A stretch of 64,000 bases of DNA from Candidatus Kaiserbacteria bacterium (GTDB taxonomy: Bacteria > Patescibacteriota > Minisyncoccia > Phycocordibacterales > Phycocordibacteraceae), in the NCBI GenBank assembly GCA_016217905.1, contig JACRFL010000013.1:3184-67183 (forward strand), given 5' to 3'. Made by a program: the position numbers and the translations under genes. Shown in pieces: positions 27,818 to 38,477 of this stretch. The first letter of the stretch is position 1. Each line of letters starts with the position of its first letter. The notes below the pieces were generated by a model, which was not told the origin of the DNA, ran no database searches, and worked only from the letters and a program-made list of their open reading frames with translations.

Positions 27818-30800
27818 TCAGAGCGCTCGCGGAGTGCGCGGGGCAAAGGATGTCGTGCGCGATTCGTAGGTCGGTGCCGGGCGCTCGGCCTGGAGCTTCT
27901 TGATGTACGCGAACTTCTTGCTGCCAGAGAAACCGGTCCCCGACGGTATGAGTCGGCCGAGAATGACGTTCTCTTTCAGTCCGCGCAAGCGATCCACCGA
28001 TCCGCGAAGCGCGGCATTGATAAGGATCTTCGTCGTCTGCTCAAAGGAGGCAGCCGAGAGGAACGAGCGGCGGGAAAGCGCGCTCTCCTTGATGCCAAGC
28101 ACGATCTCGTGCGCCGAGGGAGCCATCTTGCCCGCCTCCTCCATCTCCGCGACCGATTTCGCAAACTCCCAATCTTCCACGACGTCGCCGACCGAATAGT
28201 CGGTGTCGCCCGCATCCGTGATCTTCACGCGCGAGAACATCTGCTTCACGACGACCTCGAGGTGCTTTCGAGAGACGGGCGCGCCCTGGAGTTCGTATAT
28301 CTTGGACGCCTCCGTGATGATGTACTCCTGCACCGTCGCTCGGCCGGCGTGCTCGAAGAGGTCGTCGAGGTCAGCAGAACCGTCGGTGAGTATCCGGCCC
28401 TTTGTGACCGTATCGCCCTCCTTCACCAAAGGAACGCGCGGATACGGCGCGAGGTACTCGTACGCCGAACCGTCCTTCTTCCCTTGTCCGGCAAGCGGCG
28501 CCACGACGATGACCTTCTCGCGTCCCTCCTCTTTTATCTCGGTCACGATGCCGTCGGACTTGCTGATGACGGCCGGATTCTTCGGGGAGCGCTTCTCGAA
28601 TACCTCCTCGACGCGCGGAAGGCCGCTCGTGATATCGCCGCCGACCGATGCGACGCCGCCGGCATGGAAGGTGCGCATGGTAAGTTGCGTGCCCGGCTCG
28701 CCGATGGCCTGCGCCGCGATCGTGCCCACCGCCTCGCCGAGATCGACGAGCTCCTGGGTCGTGAGATCCATGCCGTAGCAGGTCTGGCAGACGCCGTAGC
28801 GCGTCTCGCACGACATCGCCGAGCGTGCGACGATCGACACGATCGAGGAAGCCGAAAGATCCTCGGCGTCAATCGCGGAGAGATAGTGCCCCTTCTTGAA
28901 AAGGGTCATGCCGTCTTCGCTCTTTGCGTCTTCGGCGAGGACGCGGCCGCGAAGCGCTTCGGCATAATTGATCTGGATGCCCGAAGCACTCACGCGATTG
29001 ATCTTCACGCCGCGCTTCGTGCCGCAGTCTTTCTCGGTTACGATGGAGTCCTGCGCCACGTCGAAGAGGCGGCGCGTGAGATATCCGGCTTTTGCGGTGC
29101 CGAGCGCGGTGTCGGTAAGGCCCTTCCGCGCGCCATGGGTGCTCATGAAGTACTCGATCGGATTCAACCCCTCGATCATCGACGAGGTGATCGGCACCTC
29201 GATGGTCTGGCCCGCGGTGTTCTGGATAAGACCCTTCATGCCCGCCATCTGGGTAAGGTTGCCGAGGGTACCGCGCGCTCCGCTTCGTACCATGTCGGCG
29301 ACGGAGCCCATCGGGTCGAGCTCGAGCGCGACCTGCTCCTCAACCGCCTGCTTGGATCCCTGCCAAATCTCGATGGCCATGCGACGCTTCTCTTCCTCGG
29401 AAAGAAGGCCGTTTTTATAATCCTCTTCTATCTTGGCGACCTTGGTGACCGCCTCCGCGACGATGCGCGCTTTCTCCTTCGGCACGGAAACGTCGTCGAT
29501 CGCCCACGAGATGCCCGAGCGCGTCGCGTAGTCGAAGCCGAAGCGCTTCACCTTGTTTACGATGTCCGGAACGGCGTCGAGGCCGTAGCGGGCGATGCAA
29601 TCGTTGACGATCCACGCGAGCGCTTTTTTGGTGATGGTCTCGTTGACGAACGGATAGTCGGCGGGTAGGACGGTGTTGAAGAGGAGCCGGCCGACCGTGG
29701 TCTCGAACGGACGGTTCTCGAATGCCGCGTACTTCTCCTTGCCGCTCATCGGAAGCACCCGGACCTTGGCTCGCAGATCGATGGCGCCGTATTCGGACGT
29801 GAGGATCGCCGCGTTCGGCGATGCGAAATACTCTCCTTCGCCCTTCGCGGCGTCGACCGCCTTCGTGAGCCAGTAGACGCCGAGAATGATGTCGAGTGGT
29901 TTCCCCGTGAGCACGATCATCTCGCCGGAACCCGGCTTGAGGATGTTCTTGTTCGCGCTCATGATATTTTTGGCTTCCCACTGCGCCTCCTCCGAAAGGG
30001 GCACGTGCACCGCCATCTGGTCGCCGTCGAAGTCCGCGTTGAACGCGTTGCAGACGAGCGGATGGAGCTGGATGGCGTCTCCTTCGATGAGCCGAGGACG
30101 GAACGCCTGGATGCCCTGGCGGTGCAGGGTCGGCGCGCGGTTGAGGAGCACGTGCTTCCCCTTGATGGCTTCTTCAAGAAGTTCCCACACTTCGGCAACG
30201 CCGTCCTCGATGAGGCGACCGGCGCCGCGAATGTTGAACGCGAGTTCGCGTTCGAGCAGACCCGCGATGACGAACGGGCGGAAAAGCTCGAGCGCCATGT
30301 GCTTCGGAAGACCGCACTCGTCGAGCTCGAGGTCCGGACCGACGACGATGACCGAGCGGCCGGAGTAGTCAACGCGCTTGCCGAGAAGATTCTGACGGAA
30401 GTATCCTTGCTTGCCCTTGAGGTAGTCGGCGAGCGACTTGAGCGGTCGGCGCTGCGCGAGCGTCATCGCGCCGGCGGAAGCGCCCCCCTTCCTCACGGAA
30501 TTGTCGAGGAGCGCATCGACCGCTTCCTGGAGAATGCGCTTCTCGTTCCGGAGGATGACCTCCGGCGCATGAATGTCGATGAGCTTCTTGAGGCGGTTGT
30601 TACGGTTGATGACGCGGCGATAGAGGTCGTTGACGTCGCTGGTCGCGTGGCGGCCGCCCTCAAGAGCGACCATGGGGCGAAGCGCCGGCGGGATGACCGG
30701 GATGCGCGTGAGGAACATCCACTCGGGCCGCACTCCGGAGGCGATGAGGCCAGCAATGAGCGAAAGGCGTTTTGCGAGCTTCTCGCGCTCGGCGGCGCCG

Positions 30801-31537
30801 GCGTGCTCGTAACGCGCCGCGAGAGTCTTCTCAAGCTCCGTGAGGTCAATCGAACGGAAAATATCATAAATAGCCTCGGCCCCAATCCTCGCTTCAAAGA
30901 GACCGCCGTACTTCACCGAGAAGCGGTGATACTCGAGCTCGTCGAGGACCTTGCCGACGACGACGCCTTCGATCTCGGATTTTGCGAGCGTCATCTTCTC
31001 CTTCAGAGCATCGCGATCTTTATCGCTTCCGAGCGACTTGTACTTCGACTTATACTCGCTCTCGAGCTCGGCGAGGAGGCGCTTCTTTTCCTCTTCGACG
31101 ACCTTCGTGACGATGTAGCCCGCGAAGTAGACGACCTTCTCGATATCGGCCGCGGAAGCACCGAGCAAGAGCGCCATACGCGAGGGCACCGAGCGGAGGA
31201 ACCAGATGTGCGCGACCGGCGTGCACAACTCGATGTGGCCCATGCGTTCGCGGCGCATGATGGAGCGGGTGATCTCGACGCCGCACTTGTCGCAGACGAT
31301 GCCCTTGTACCGGATGCCCTTGTATTTGCCGCAATAGCACTCGTAGTCCTTTTCCGGGCCGAATATCTTCTCGTCGAAGAGCCCGTGCTTCTCCGAACGC
31401 TGGGTGCGGTAGTTGATGGTCTCCGGCTTCGTCACTTCGCCCGAGGACCACGCGAGGATGCGCTCGGGCGAGGCGAGCGTGAGCCGAAGCGCGTTCCACG
31501 TATCGCGCGGAAGAAGTTTACGGGGGGTGAAGGACAT
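27818..31537 (-). CDS. rpoC: DNA-directed RNA polymerase beta' subunit
   Basis: Zn finger CYCGKYKGIRYKGIVCDKCG, catalytic NADFDGDQM. Confidence 0.95.
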   Translation of the reverse strand: MSFTPRKLLPRDTWNALRLTLASPERILAWSSGEVTKPETINYRTQRSEKHGLFDEKIFGPEKDYECYCGKYKGIRYKGIVCDKCGVEITRSIMRRERMGHIELCTPVAHIWFLRSVPSRMALLLGASAADIEKVVYFAGYIVTKVVEEEKKRLLAELESEYKSKYKSLGSDKDRDALKEKMTLAKSEIEGVVVGKVLDELEYHRFSVKYGGLFEARIGAEAIYDIFRSIDLTELEKTLAARYEHAGAAEREKLAKRLSLIAGLIASGVRPEWMFLTRIPVIPPALRPMVALEGGRHATSDVNDLYRRVINRNNRLKKLIDIHAPEVILRNEKRILQEAVDALLDNSVRKGGASAGAMTLAQRRPLKSLADYLKGKQGYFRQNLLGKRVDYSGRSVIVVGPDLELDECGLPKHMALELFRPFVIAGLLERELAFNIRGAGRLIEDGVAEVWELLEEAIKGKHVLLNRAPTLHRQGIQAFRPRLIEGDAIQLHPLVCNAFNADFDGDQMAVHVPLSEEAQWEAKNIMSANKNILKPGSGEMIVLTGKPLDIILGVYWLTKAVDAAKGEGEYFASPNAAILTSEYGAIDLRAKVRVLPMSGKEKYAAFENRPFETTVGRLLFNTVLPADYPFVNETITKKALAWIVNDCIARYGLDAVPDIVNKVKRFGFDYATRSGISWAIDDVSVPKEKARIVAEAVTKVAKIEEDYKNGLLSEEEKRRMAIEIWQGSKQAVEEQVALELDPMGSVADMVRSGARGTLGNLTQMAGMKGLIQNTAGQTIEVPITSSMIEGLNPIEYFMSTHGARKGLTDTALGTAKAGYLTRRLFDVAQDSIVTEKDCGTKRGVKINRVSASGIQINYAEALRGRVLAEDAKSEDGMTLFKKGHYLSAIDAEDLSASSIVSIVARSAMSCETRYGVCQTCYGMDLTTQELVDLGEAVGTIAAQAIGEPGTQLTMRTFHAGGVASVGGDITSGLPRVEEVFEKRSPKNPAVISKSDGIVTEIKEEGREKVIVVAPLAGQGKKDGSAYEYLAPYPRVPLVKEGDTVTKGRILTDGSADLDDLFEHAGRATVQEYIITEASKIYELQGAPVSRKHLEVVVKQMFSRVKITDAGDTDYSVGDVVEDWEFAKSVAEMEEAGKMAPSAHEIVLGIKESALSRRSFLSAASFEQTTKILINAALRGSVDRLRGLKENVILGRLIPSGTGFSGSKKFAYIKKLQAERPAPTYESRTTSFAPRTPRAL

Positions 31538-31577
31538 ATGCGTGATGTTTAAATTTTTAAATGTTTAAATATTCCAT

Positions 31578-34500
31578 TCACGCCTCCGGCTCCGACGGGA
31601 GCGAGAGCGGCTCGACATCAAGCGCGAGGCCGCGGATCTGGTTGGTGAGAACGGCGAAGGAAGCCGGGGTACCCGTATGACTGATCGGTTCGCTTTTGAC
31701 AATCGCATCGAAAGCGGCGGAACGCCCCTGGATGTCGTCCGACTTGATGGTGAGCATCTCGCGCAACGTGTACGCGGCGCCGTAGCCCAAGAGCGCCCAC
31801 ACCTCCATTTCGCCGAAGCGCTGGCCGCCGTTCTGCGCCTTGCCGCCAAGCGGCTGCTGAGTGATGAGCGAGTACGGGCCGATGGAACGCATGTGGATCT
31901 TGTCCTCCACCATGTGATGGAGCTTGAGAACGTACATGTAGCCGACCGCGATATCCTGCGCGAAGGCCTCGCCCGTGCGGCCGTCGTAGAGCCGCATCTT
32001 GCCACTCTTGTCGAATCCAGCGAGAGCGAGTTCTTCGCGGATCTCGTCAGCGGTCGCGCCCGCAAACGGCGGGACGACTGCCTGATACTGGAGCGTATGC
32101 GCCGCGAGCCCGAGATGCATCTCGAGAATCTGTCCGAGGTTCATGCGCGACGGGACGCCAAGCGGCGTGAGGATAATGTCGACCGGATTGCCGTCCTTGT
32201 CGTACGGCATGTCGGCAATCGGCAGCACGCGGCTGATAACGCCCTTGTTACCGTGACGTCCGGCAAGCTTGTCACCGACCGAAACATTGCGTACTTGCGC
32301 GACCGTCACGACGATCTTCTTAATGATACCCGTCTCGAGCTGATCGCCCTTCTCGCGGGAGAAAACACGCACGCCGATGACGCGGCCGCGCTTCCCGCCC
32401 TCCATCCGGAGCGACGTGTCCTTCACGTCCTTCGCCTTGTCGCCGAAAATGCTCCGGAGGAGGCGCTCTTCCGGCGTGAGCTGCGTCTCGCCCTTCGGCG
32501 TTACCTTGCCGACGAGGATGTCGCCCGGGCGCACCTCCGCGCCGATGCGGATCACGCCCTCTTCGTCGAGGTTCTTGAGCCGGAGTTCGCCGACGTTCGG
32601 GATGTCGTGCGTAGTCGTCTCGGGGCCGAGCTTCGTGTCGCGCACCACGCACTCGAAGTCTTCGATGTGTACGGTCGTGAACTTCGCCTCTTCGACGAGA
32701 CGTTCGGAGATGATGATGGCGTCTTCGTAGTTGGCGCCATTCCAGCTCATGAACGCGACGCGCACGTTCTGACCGAGCGCGAGCTGGCCCTGATCGGTCG
32801 AGGAGTTGTTCGCGAGCACGTCGCCCTTCTTCACCCTTTCGCCGAGAGCGACCGAGGGCCGCTGCATGAACGCAGAGTTCTGGTTGGTCTGGGTGAGTCC
32901 CTGGAGGCGGTACTCCTTCTTCTTCCCCTCCTTGTTTTCTACGACGATTTTGCGCGCATCGACGTATATGACTTCGCCGGATTCGCTTGCGAGCACGAGG
33001 CGGCCGGTCGAGCGCGCCGCGTGCGTCTCGATGCCGGTGGCGACAAGCGGCGCCTCGGGGATGAGGACCGGAGTCGCCTGCTTCTGCATGTTGGAACCCA
33101 TAAGCGCGCGGTTCGCGTCGTCATGGTCGACAAACGGAATCATCGATGTCGCAATGGAGAACATCTGGTAGGTTGAAGCATCCATGAGCGTGATCGAGTC
33201 GCGCGGAACGATGATCGGATTGCCCTTGTGGCGCGCCTCGACGAAGTCGGATGCTATTCTGCCGGAGTCATCGAGCTTGGTCGCGCCGTGCGCGATCATC
33301 TCAAGTTCCTCGTCAAGCGCGTTCAGATATACAACCTCATCGGTCACCTTTCCCCTCGAAACGCGGATGTAGGGCGTTTCAATGACGCCGAAATCGTTCG
33401 TGCGCGCGTGGGTCGCGAGCCGAAGGATAAGGCCGATGTTCTGCCCTTCCGGCGTATGGATGGGACAGAGGCGGCCGTAGTGAGAAGGATGCACATCGCG
33501 CACCTCGAAGCCGGCGCGCTCTCGGGTGAGGCCGCCAGGGCCGAGCGCGGAGAGCGTGCGCATGTTCTCGAGCTCGGCGAGGATGTTCTGCTGGTCCATG
33601 AACTGCGAGAGCTGGTTCGCGGTGAAGAACTCGTGCACGGAAGCGTGAAAGGGGCGCGGATTGACGAGCGCCATCGGGAGCGTGGTCTCGCTCTCAATCG
33701 TCGACATGCGATCCTGGATGTTGCGCTTCATGCGGCTCATGCCCACCCGCATGCGCGCCTGGAGAAGCTCGCCGACGAAGCGGACGCGGCGGAAGCCGAG
33801 GTGATCGATGTCGTCGGGACGTGCCGACAGATCCGCATTCAGCTTCGTGATCTCCGAAATGATGCGGACGAAGTCCGCGAGCGCGAGCGTGCGCCTCTCG
33901 AGCGCCTTCTCGGTCGTCGGCAAACCGAAACGTGCATTGAGACGATGGCGGCCGACCTTCCCGAGGTCGTAGCGTTCGGCGCTGAAGAGTGATTGCACAA
34001 AATTTTTCGCATTCTCTGGCGTCGCGAGGTCGCCGTCGCGCATGCGGCGGTGGATCTCGACGTACGCTTCCTCGACCGACTTCGCCTCGTCGTGGACTAG
34101 GGTCGCTTTTATCGCCGCGAGCGCGAGCGGATCGTTTGCGAAGTGCTTGGCTACCGCCTCGCCGACGACGCCGCCGAAGACGGTGAGTATCTGAGTGATG
34201 GGAAATTTGCGTTTCCGGTCGATCTTCATGAATATCGCGCCGTCGGCCTCCGAGTCGATCTCGATCCACACGCCCCGAAGCGGGATGATCTTCGAGCCGA
34301 AGTACTGCTTCCCGCGGATGAGCTCGGAGACGAAGAACGCGCCGAAGCTCCGGGCAAGCTGCGGGACGATGGCGCGCTCGACACCCGAGACGATGAAGGA
34401 GCCGTGCGGCGTCATGATCGGCATGTCGGTGAGGAAGATGTCCTGCGTCTTCTCCGAACCGAGCGTTTTATTCACGAGACGGACAGTCACCTTGATTGGC

Positions 34501-34754
34501 GCCTCGTACGTGCGCATATTTTCGCGCGCGAAGTCCTCGTCGTATTTGGACTCGCCGACTTCGAAATCTTCAAACCGCAACTCGAACTTCTTCCCCGAGT
34601 AATCGGTGATCGGTGAGAATTCCTTGAAAAGCTCGGTGAGACCGTCTTTGAGAAGCCAGTCGAACGAGCTGCGCTGGTGCCCCACGAGATCCGGGAATGG
34701 CACCTGCGGCGCCCGGAACGCGCCGAAAGTCTTCTGGACGATGTTTTTGCGCAT
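31578..34754 (-). CDS. rpoB: DNA-directed RNA polymerase beta subunit
   Basis: Conserved rifampicin-cluster and catalytic regions (GPGGLTRERAGFEVRDVHPSHYGRLCPIHTPEG). Confidence 0.95.
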   Translation of the reverse strand: MRKNIVQKTFGAFRAPQVPFPDLVGHQRSSFDWLLKDGLTELFKEFSPITDYSGKKFELRFEDFEVGESKYDEDFARENMRTYEAPIKVTVRLVNKTLGSEKTQDIFLTDMPIMTPHGSFIVSGVERAIVPQLARSFGAFFVSELIRGKQYFGSKIIPLRGVWIEIDSEADGAIFMKIDRKRKFPITQILTVFGGVVGEAVAKHFANDPLALAAIKATLVHDEAKSVEEAYVEIHRRMRDGDLATPENAKNFVQSLFSAERYDLGKVGRHRLNARFGLPTTEKALERRTLALADFVRIISEITKLNADLSARPDDIDHLGFRRVRFVGELLQARMRVGMSRMKRNIQDRMSTIESETTLPMALVNPRPFHASVHEFFTANQLSQFMDQQNILAELENMRTLSALGPGGLTRERAGFEVRDVHPSHYGRLCPIHTPEGQNIGLILRLATHARTNDFGVIETPYIRVSRGKVTDEVVYLNALDEELEMIAHGATKLDDSGRIASDFVEARHKGNPIIVPRDSITLMDASTYQMFSIATSMIPFVDHDDANRALMGSNMQKQATPVLIPEAPLVATGIETHAARSTGRLVLASESGEVIYVDARKIVVENKEGKKKEYRLQGLTQTNQNSAFMQRPSVALGERVKKGDVLANNSSTDQGQLALGQNVRVAFMSWNGANYEDAIIISERLVEEAKFTTVHIEDFECVVRDTKLGPETTTHDIPNVGELRLKNLDEEGVIRIGAEVRPGDILVGKVTPKGETQLTPEERLLRSIFGDKAKDVKDTSLRMEGGKRGRVIGVRVFSREKGDQLETGIIKKIVVTVAQVRNVSVGDKLAGRHGNKGVISRVLPIADMPYDKDGNPVDIILTPLGVPSRMNLGQILEMHLGLAAHTLQYQAVVPPFAGATADEIREELALAGFDKSGKMRLYDGRTGEAFAQDIAVGYMYVLKLHHMVEDKIHMRSIGPYSLITQQPLGGKAQNGGQRFGEMEVWALLGYGAAYTLREMLTIKSDDIQGRSAAFDAIVKSEPISHTGTPASFAVLTNQIRGLALDVEPLSLPSEPEA

Positions 34755-34953
34755 ATGGTGGTAACGTGAGGTGGTTAAAAAGGAAAACTATATACAAATG
34801 CGAACGCACGGAAATAAATCCGCTTGCGCTATCGCGTTTTTCTCCGGTTCCCGTATGAACTACCCAGCCCTCCATTCCATTACTCACTCGTATCTTGTAT
34901 GCTCACTGTATCAGCTCGCCTCTTTTCGCGCAAGAGGTGTTGGGGATAAGAAG

Positions 34954-35622
34954 CTAACGCTTCGTGCGCCACGCATCAATCTTGGCGTGGTGGCCGGTTC
35001 GGAGAACTTTGGGAACGCGATACTTCTTACCTTTGTATAAAATTGTCTCGGGGCGGGTGTAGACGGCCGATGAGGCGATACGACGCTCCTCCACGGAGGC
35101 GTCCTTGCCGAGGACGCCCGGCAGGCGGCGCGTGACCGCATCCACGATTGCGAGCGCCGGCACTTCCCCTCCGGTATACACCGCTTCGCCGACGGCAAAT
35201 TCTTTCACCGGCGCGAACGTCTTGAGGATCTTCTTCGCGCGCTCGTCGATGCCCTCGTAGCGGCCGCAGACAAGGACGACATCCGTGTACTTTGCAAGCG
35301 CGTCTGCATACTTATTTGTGAATTGCTTCCCGCTCGGACTAAACCATATAATTAGCGGCTTTTTCATGTAGGACGTACGACGTCCTACATTCTTTTTCAA
35401 AGCTTTTTCCACGGCTTTGACGACCGGGAGTGCGGTCATCACCATCCCGGGGCCGCCGCCATACGGACGTTCATCCACCTTGCCCCACTTGTTGTCGACG
35501 AAATCACGCGGGGTCTGATACGTTACAGAAATCTTCTTCTCCTTCCGCACGCGCCCGATAATCGACGCCGAAAGATACGCGTCGCACGCTTCTTCAAACA
35601 ATGTAATCAAATGGAATTTCAC
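34954..35622 (-). CDS. trmD: tRNA (guanine37-N1)-methyltransferase
   Basis: SPOUT/TrmD blocks ERPYGGGPGMVM. Confidence 0.9.
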   Translation of the reverse strand: MKFHLITLFEEACDAYLSASIIGRVRKEKKISVTYQTPRDFVDNKWGKVDERPYGGGPGMVMTALPVVKAVEKALKKNVGRRTSYMKKPLIIWFSPSGKQFTNKYADALAKYTDVVLVCGRYEGIDERAKKILKTFAPVKEFAVGEAVYTGGEVPALAIVDAVTRRLPGVLGKDASVEERRIASSAVYTRPETILYKGKKYRVPKVLRTGHHAKIDAWRTKR

Positions 35623-35624
35623 TT

Positions 35625-35924
35625 CTATAATTCTTCAACGACCTGATCCACGGTCTTGAACTCCTGTTCGCGCTTGCCACCGACCGGCTCGTTTATTTTG
35701 AGATTCACGCGCGCATTCCCTTTCATCCCGACGACCCGCAGAAGGATGCGAAGCGCCTCGGCGGTCTTGCCGCTCTTACCGATTATCTTGCCCATGTCCT
35801 CCGGGTGGACGGTGAGCGTGAGGAGGACGCCCATCTGATCAATGGTGCGCGTGATCTCGACCGCCTCGGGACGGTCGACGAGCGCCTTCACTGCGTATTC
35901 CAGAAATGCTTGGTCAGATTCCAT
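35625..35924 (-). CDS. KH-domain RNA-binding protein (YlqC/UPF0109 family)
   Basis: GKIIGKSGKTAEALR KH GxxG loop. Classical rpsP-KH-trmD neighbourhood. Confidence 0.8.
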   Translation of the reverse strand: MESDQAFLEYAVKALVDRPEAVEITRTIDQMGVLLTLTVHPEDMGKIIGKSGKTAEALRILLRVVGMKGNARVNLKINEPVGGKREQEFKTVDQVVEEL

Positions 35925-35968
35925 ACAGGGATATTTAGAATGGTAGCACCGCCCTGTGGGCGATGGGG

Positions 35969-36451
35969 TTACGCGGCCGGTGCCTCTTCGGCTGCCGGAG
36001 CTTCCGCGGGCGCAGCATCTTCTGCCGGAGCCGGTTCAGCTTCCACGGCGACTTCTGTCTCCGTCGACATAGGTGCTGCCTCTGCTGGAGCTTCGGCTGC
36101 GGCCTTTTCAGCGACCGCGGCGACCTTCGCGGCTTCCGCCGCCGCCGCTTCTGCGGCGATGACTTCTTCGCTCTTCTGCGGGGACTTGCGCGGGAGGACG
36201 TTCACCTTCTTCCCTCCGATGACGCCTTTATTGATAAGAAGATTGCGGATGGAGTCGGTTGGTTGGGCGCCCTTCGCGATCCACTCCTTCACGCTCTCTT
36301 CGTCGAACGTAAGTGCTTTGCTGCGCGGGTTGTAGGTACCGAGAAGTTCGACAATGTTGCCCGCTTTCGCCGCGCGCTCCTTCTCAAGGACGACAATGCG
36401 AAACGCCGGATCGTTGGTCCGGCCGATGCGCTGAAATCGAATCATCAACAT
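35969..36451 (-). CDS. rpsP: 30S ribosomal protein S16 with Ala/Glu-rich C-terminal extension
   Basis: MLMIRFQRIGRTNDPAFRIVV S16 N-terminus. Roughly 80-aa low-complexity tail. Confidence 0.85.
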   Translation of the reverse strand: MLMIRFQRIGRTNDPAFRIVVLEKERAAKAGNIVELLGTYNPRSKALTFDEESVKEWIAKGAQPTDSIRNLLINKGVIGGKKVNVLPRKSPQKSEEVIAAEAAAAEAAKVAAVAEKAAAEAPAEAAPMSTETEVAVEAEPAPAEDAAPAEAPAAEEAPAA

Positions 36452-36498
36452 AAGCGCGACTATAGCAGAAGCGCTGCAATATTGCTAGAGTACGAGAA

Positions 36499-38448
36499 AT
36501 GGCAGCGGAAACACTCTACGAGGGCCCGATAACGATGACCCGGAAAGGCATCGGCTTTTTCTCGGTTGGCGCCGATACGGAGGACCTGATTATCCCGCCG
36601 GAGTGGACCCATCACGCGCTTCACGGCGACATCGTGAAGGTCGCTCCGGCCGGCAGCTATCGCGACCCGAGGGGGATGATGCCGCCGAGAGAGGCCGGCA
36701 AGGTCGCCGAGATCGTCTCGCGCGCGCGCGAGACATTCGTCGGCACGCTAATCGAGGAAAACGACCTCACGATGATGGCGCCGGACTACAAGAAGATGCA
36801 TGTGCCGATTGTCATTAAGGACAGAGGCGATGCGCCGCTCGGCTATAAAGTCCTCGTGCGGCTCGCAAGCTGGGAGGCTGACAAAGAATATCCGCTCGGT
36901 ACTATCGAAGAAGTTATCGGCAAGGCTGGCGCGCATGAGACCGAGATGCGTGCACTCGCGCTTGGGCAGGGATTCTCGCCCGCCTTCCCTCCCGGTGTTG
37001 TCGCCGATGCGAAACATCTCGAGGAGCACGGACGCGCGCTGCTCGCCGAAGAGGCGAAAAATTCAAAGCGTCGCGACTTCAGAAACGTCAGCACCTGTAC
37101 CATCGACCCCTTCGACGCAAAAGACTTCGACGATGCGCTCTCCGTGCGGAAACTTCCTGACGGGAACATCGAAGTCGGCGTCCATATCGCCGATGTCTCT
37201 TTCTTCGTGAAGCCCGGTACCGCGCTCGACAAGGAGGCGGTGGAGCGCGCGACAAGCGTATACCTCGTCGACCGCACGATCCCGATGCTCCCCGAGATTC
37301 TCTCGACCAACCTCTGCTCGCTGAATCCGAACCAGGACCGCCTCGCCGTCTCTGCGGTCTTTACGCTCGATGAAGAGGCGAATATCAAGGATACCTGGTT
37401 CGGCGAGACGGTCATCCACTCCGACAAACGCTTTACGTATGAAAACGCTCAAGAGGTGCTCGACCGAGGCGAGGGCGATTTACACGCAGAGCTCTCGACA
37501 CTTCTCGAACTTTCCAAGAAGATCCGCGCGCGGCGCGCGGCGAAGGGCGCTATTGAATTTGATACCGCCGAGGTCAAGGTCGAGCTCGATGAGGCAGGTA
37601 AGCCGATCGCTATCCGTCTCAAAGAGCGCAAGGCGACGAACCTCCTCATCGAGGACTTTATGCTGCTCGCTAACGAAGCAGTGGCGAAGCATCTCTCTGC
37701 GCTCACGAAGAATGGCGGGCCGCACTTCTACTCGCTCTACCGTATTCACGATGTGCCGGACACCGACCGTATCGAAAATCTCGCGAACCTGCTTCGCTCC
37801 ATGGGCTACCACTTGAAAACGTCCGGCGGCGGCCAAGTCACCGGTGCCGAATTAAACAAACTTCTCGAATCGGTAAAGGGGAAGCCGGAAGAATATCTTG
37901 TAAAAACCGCGGCGCTGCGCTCGATGAGCAAGGCCGTCTACGCGACCCGCAACATCGGCCACTTCGGCCTCGCGTTCGACTACTACACGCACTTCACCTC
38001 CCCCATACGCCGCTACCCCGATCTCGTTGCCCATCGACTTATCAAGGCGCATGCAGGCGGCGCCCCGATAACGTCGGAAGAGATGCGGGAGTTTGATAAA
38101 CTCGCATTCCACGCCTCCGAGCGCGAGGTGGCCGCCGCCGACGCCGAGCGCGACTCGATCAAGATGAAGCAGGTGGAGTTTCTCGCCGAGCGCATCGGCG
38201 AAGAATTCGATGCCGTTATCTCTGGCGTCACCGATCGCGGCCTCTACGTCGAAGAACAGGCGACTCATGCCGACGGCATGGTCCGCATCAAAGACGTCGG
38301 CGACGATTATTTCGAATACGAAGAGAAGCAATATCGACTTGTCGGCCGCCGCACGAAGAAGGCGTACCGCCTCGGCGACCCCATCCGCGTGCGCCTCTCC
38401 GCCGCGCGCATCGCGGAAAAAGAACTGGACTTCGTTCCGGTCGTCTAA
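36499..38448 (+). CDS. rnr: RNase II/R-family 3'-5' exoribonuclease
   Basis: RNB catalytic domain and C-terminal S1 domain. Confidence 0.8.
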   Translation: MAAETLYEGPITMTRKGIGFFSVGADTEDLIIPPEWTHHALHGDIVKVAPAGSYRDPRGMMPPREAGKVAEIVSRARETFVGTLIEENDLTMMAPDYKKMHVPIVIKDRGDAPLGYKVLVRLASWEADKEYPLGTIEEVIGKAGAHETEMRALALGQGFSPAFPPGVVADAKHLEEHGRALLAEEAKNSKRRDFRNVSTCTIDPFDAKDFDDALSVRKLPDGNIEVGVHIADVSFFVKPGTALDKEAVERATSVYLVDRTIPMLPEILSTNLCSLNPNQDRLAVSAVFTLDEEANIKDTWFGETVIHSDKRFTYENAQEVLDRGEGDLHAELSTLLELSKKIRARRAAKGAIEFDTAEVKVELDEAGKPIAIRLKERKATNLLIEDFMLLANEAVAKHLSALTKNGGPHFYSLYRIHDVPDTDRIENLANLLRSMGYHLKTSGGGQVTGAELNKLLESVKGKPEEYLVKTAALRSMSKAVYATRNIGHFGLAFDYYTHFTSPIRRYPDLVAHRLIKAHAGGAPITSEEMREFDKLAFHASEREVAAADAERDSIKMKQVEFLAERIGEEFDAVISGVTDRGLYVEEQATHADGMVRIKDVGDDYFEYEEKQYRLVGRRTKKAYRLGDPIRVRLSAARIAEKELDFVPVV

Positions 38449-38449
38449 A

Positions 38450-38475
38450 ACAACTTGGAGGCCGGGCCTCCAAGT
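38450..38475. repeat. Palindromic family A copy (CAACTTGGAGGCCGGGCCTCCAAGTG) between convergent rnr and smc; probable bidirectional terminator
   Basis: Same element as at 10584 in opposite orientation (loop CGG vs CCG). Sits 2 nt after the rnr stop and 3 nt before the smc stop. Confidence 0.75.
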
Positions 38476-38477
38476 GC

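Noticed and set aside
26372-29668. 1098-aa plus-strand ORF, the longest in the track
   Set aside because: It runs antisense across dnaG and rpoC. Its composition is dominated by Arg/Ala/Leu/Gly and it has no motifs. The same applies to 30005-31552, 31677-33176, 33228-33992 (antisense to rpoC/rpoB), 10058-11536 (antisense to the FAD oxidase), 13745-15124 and 15356-16321 (antisense to the LTD gene), 44047-45393 (antisense to dnaE), 46632-47651 (antisense to thrS) and 48493-50250 (antisense to the surface-protein gene).
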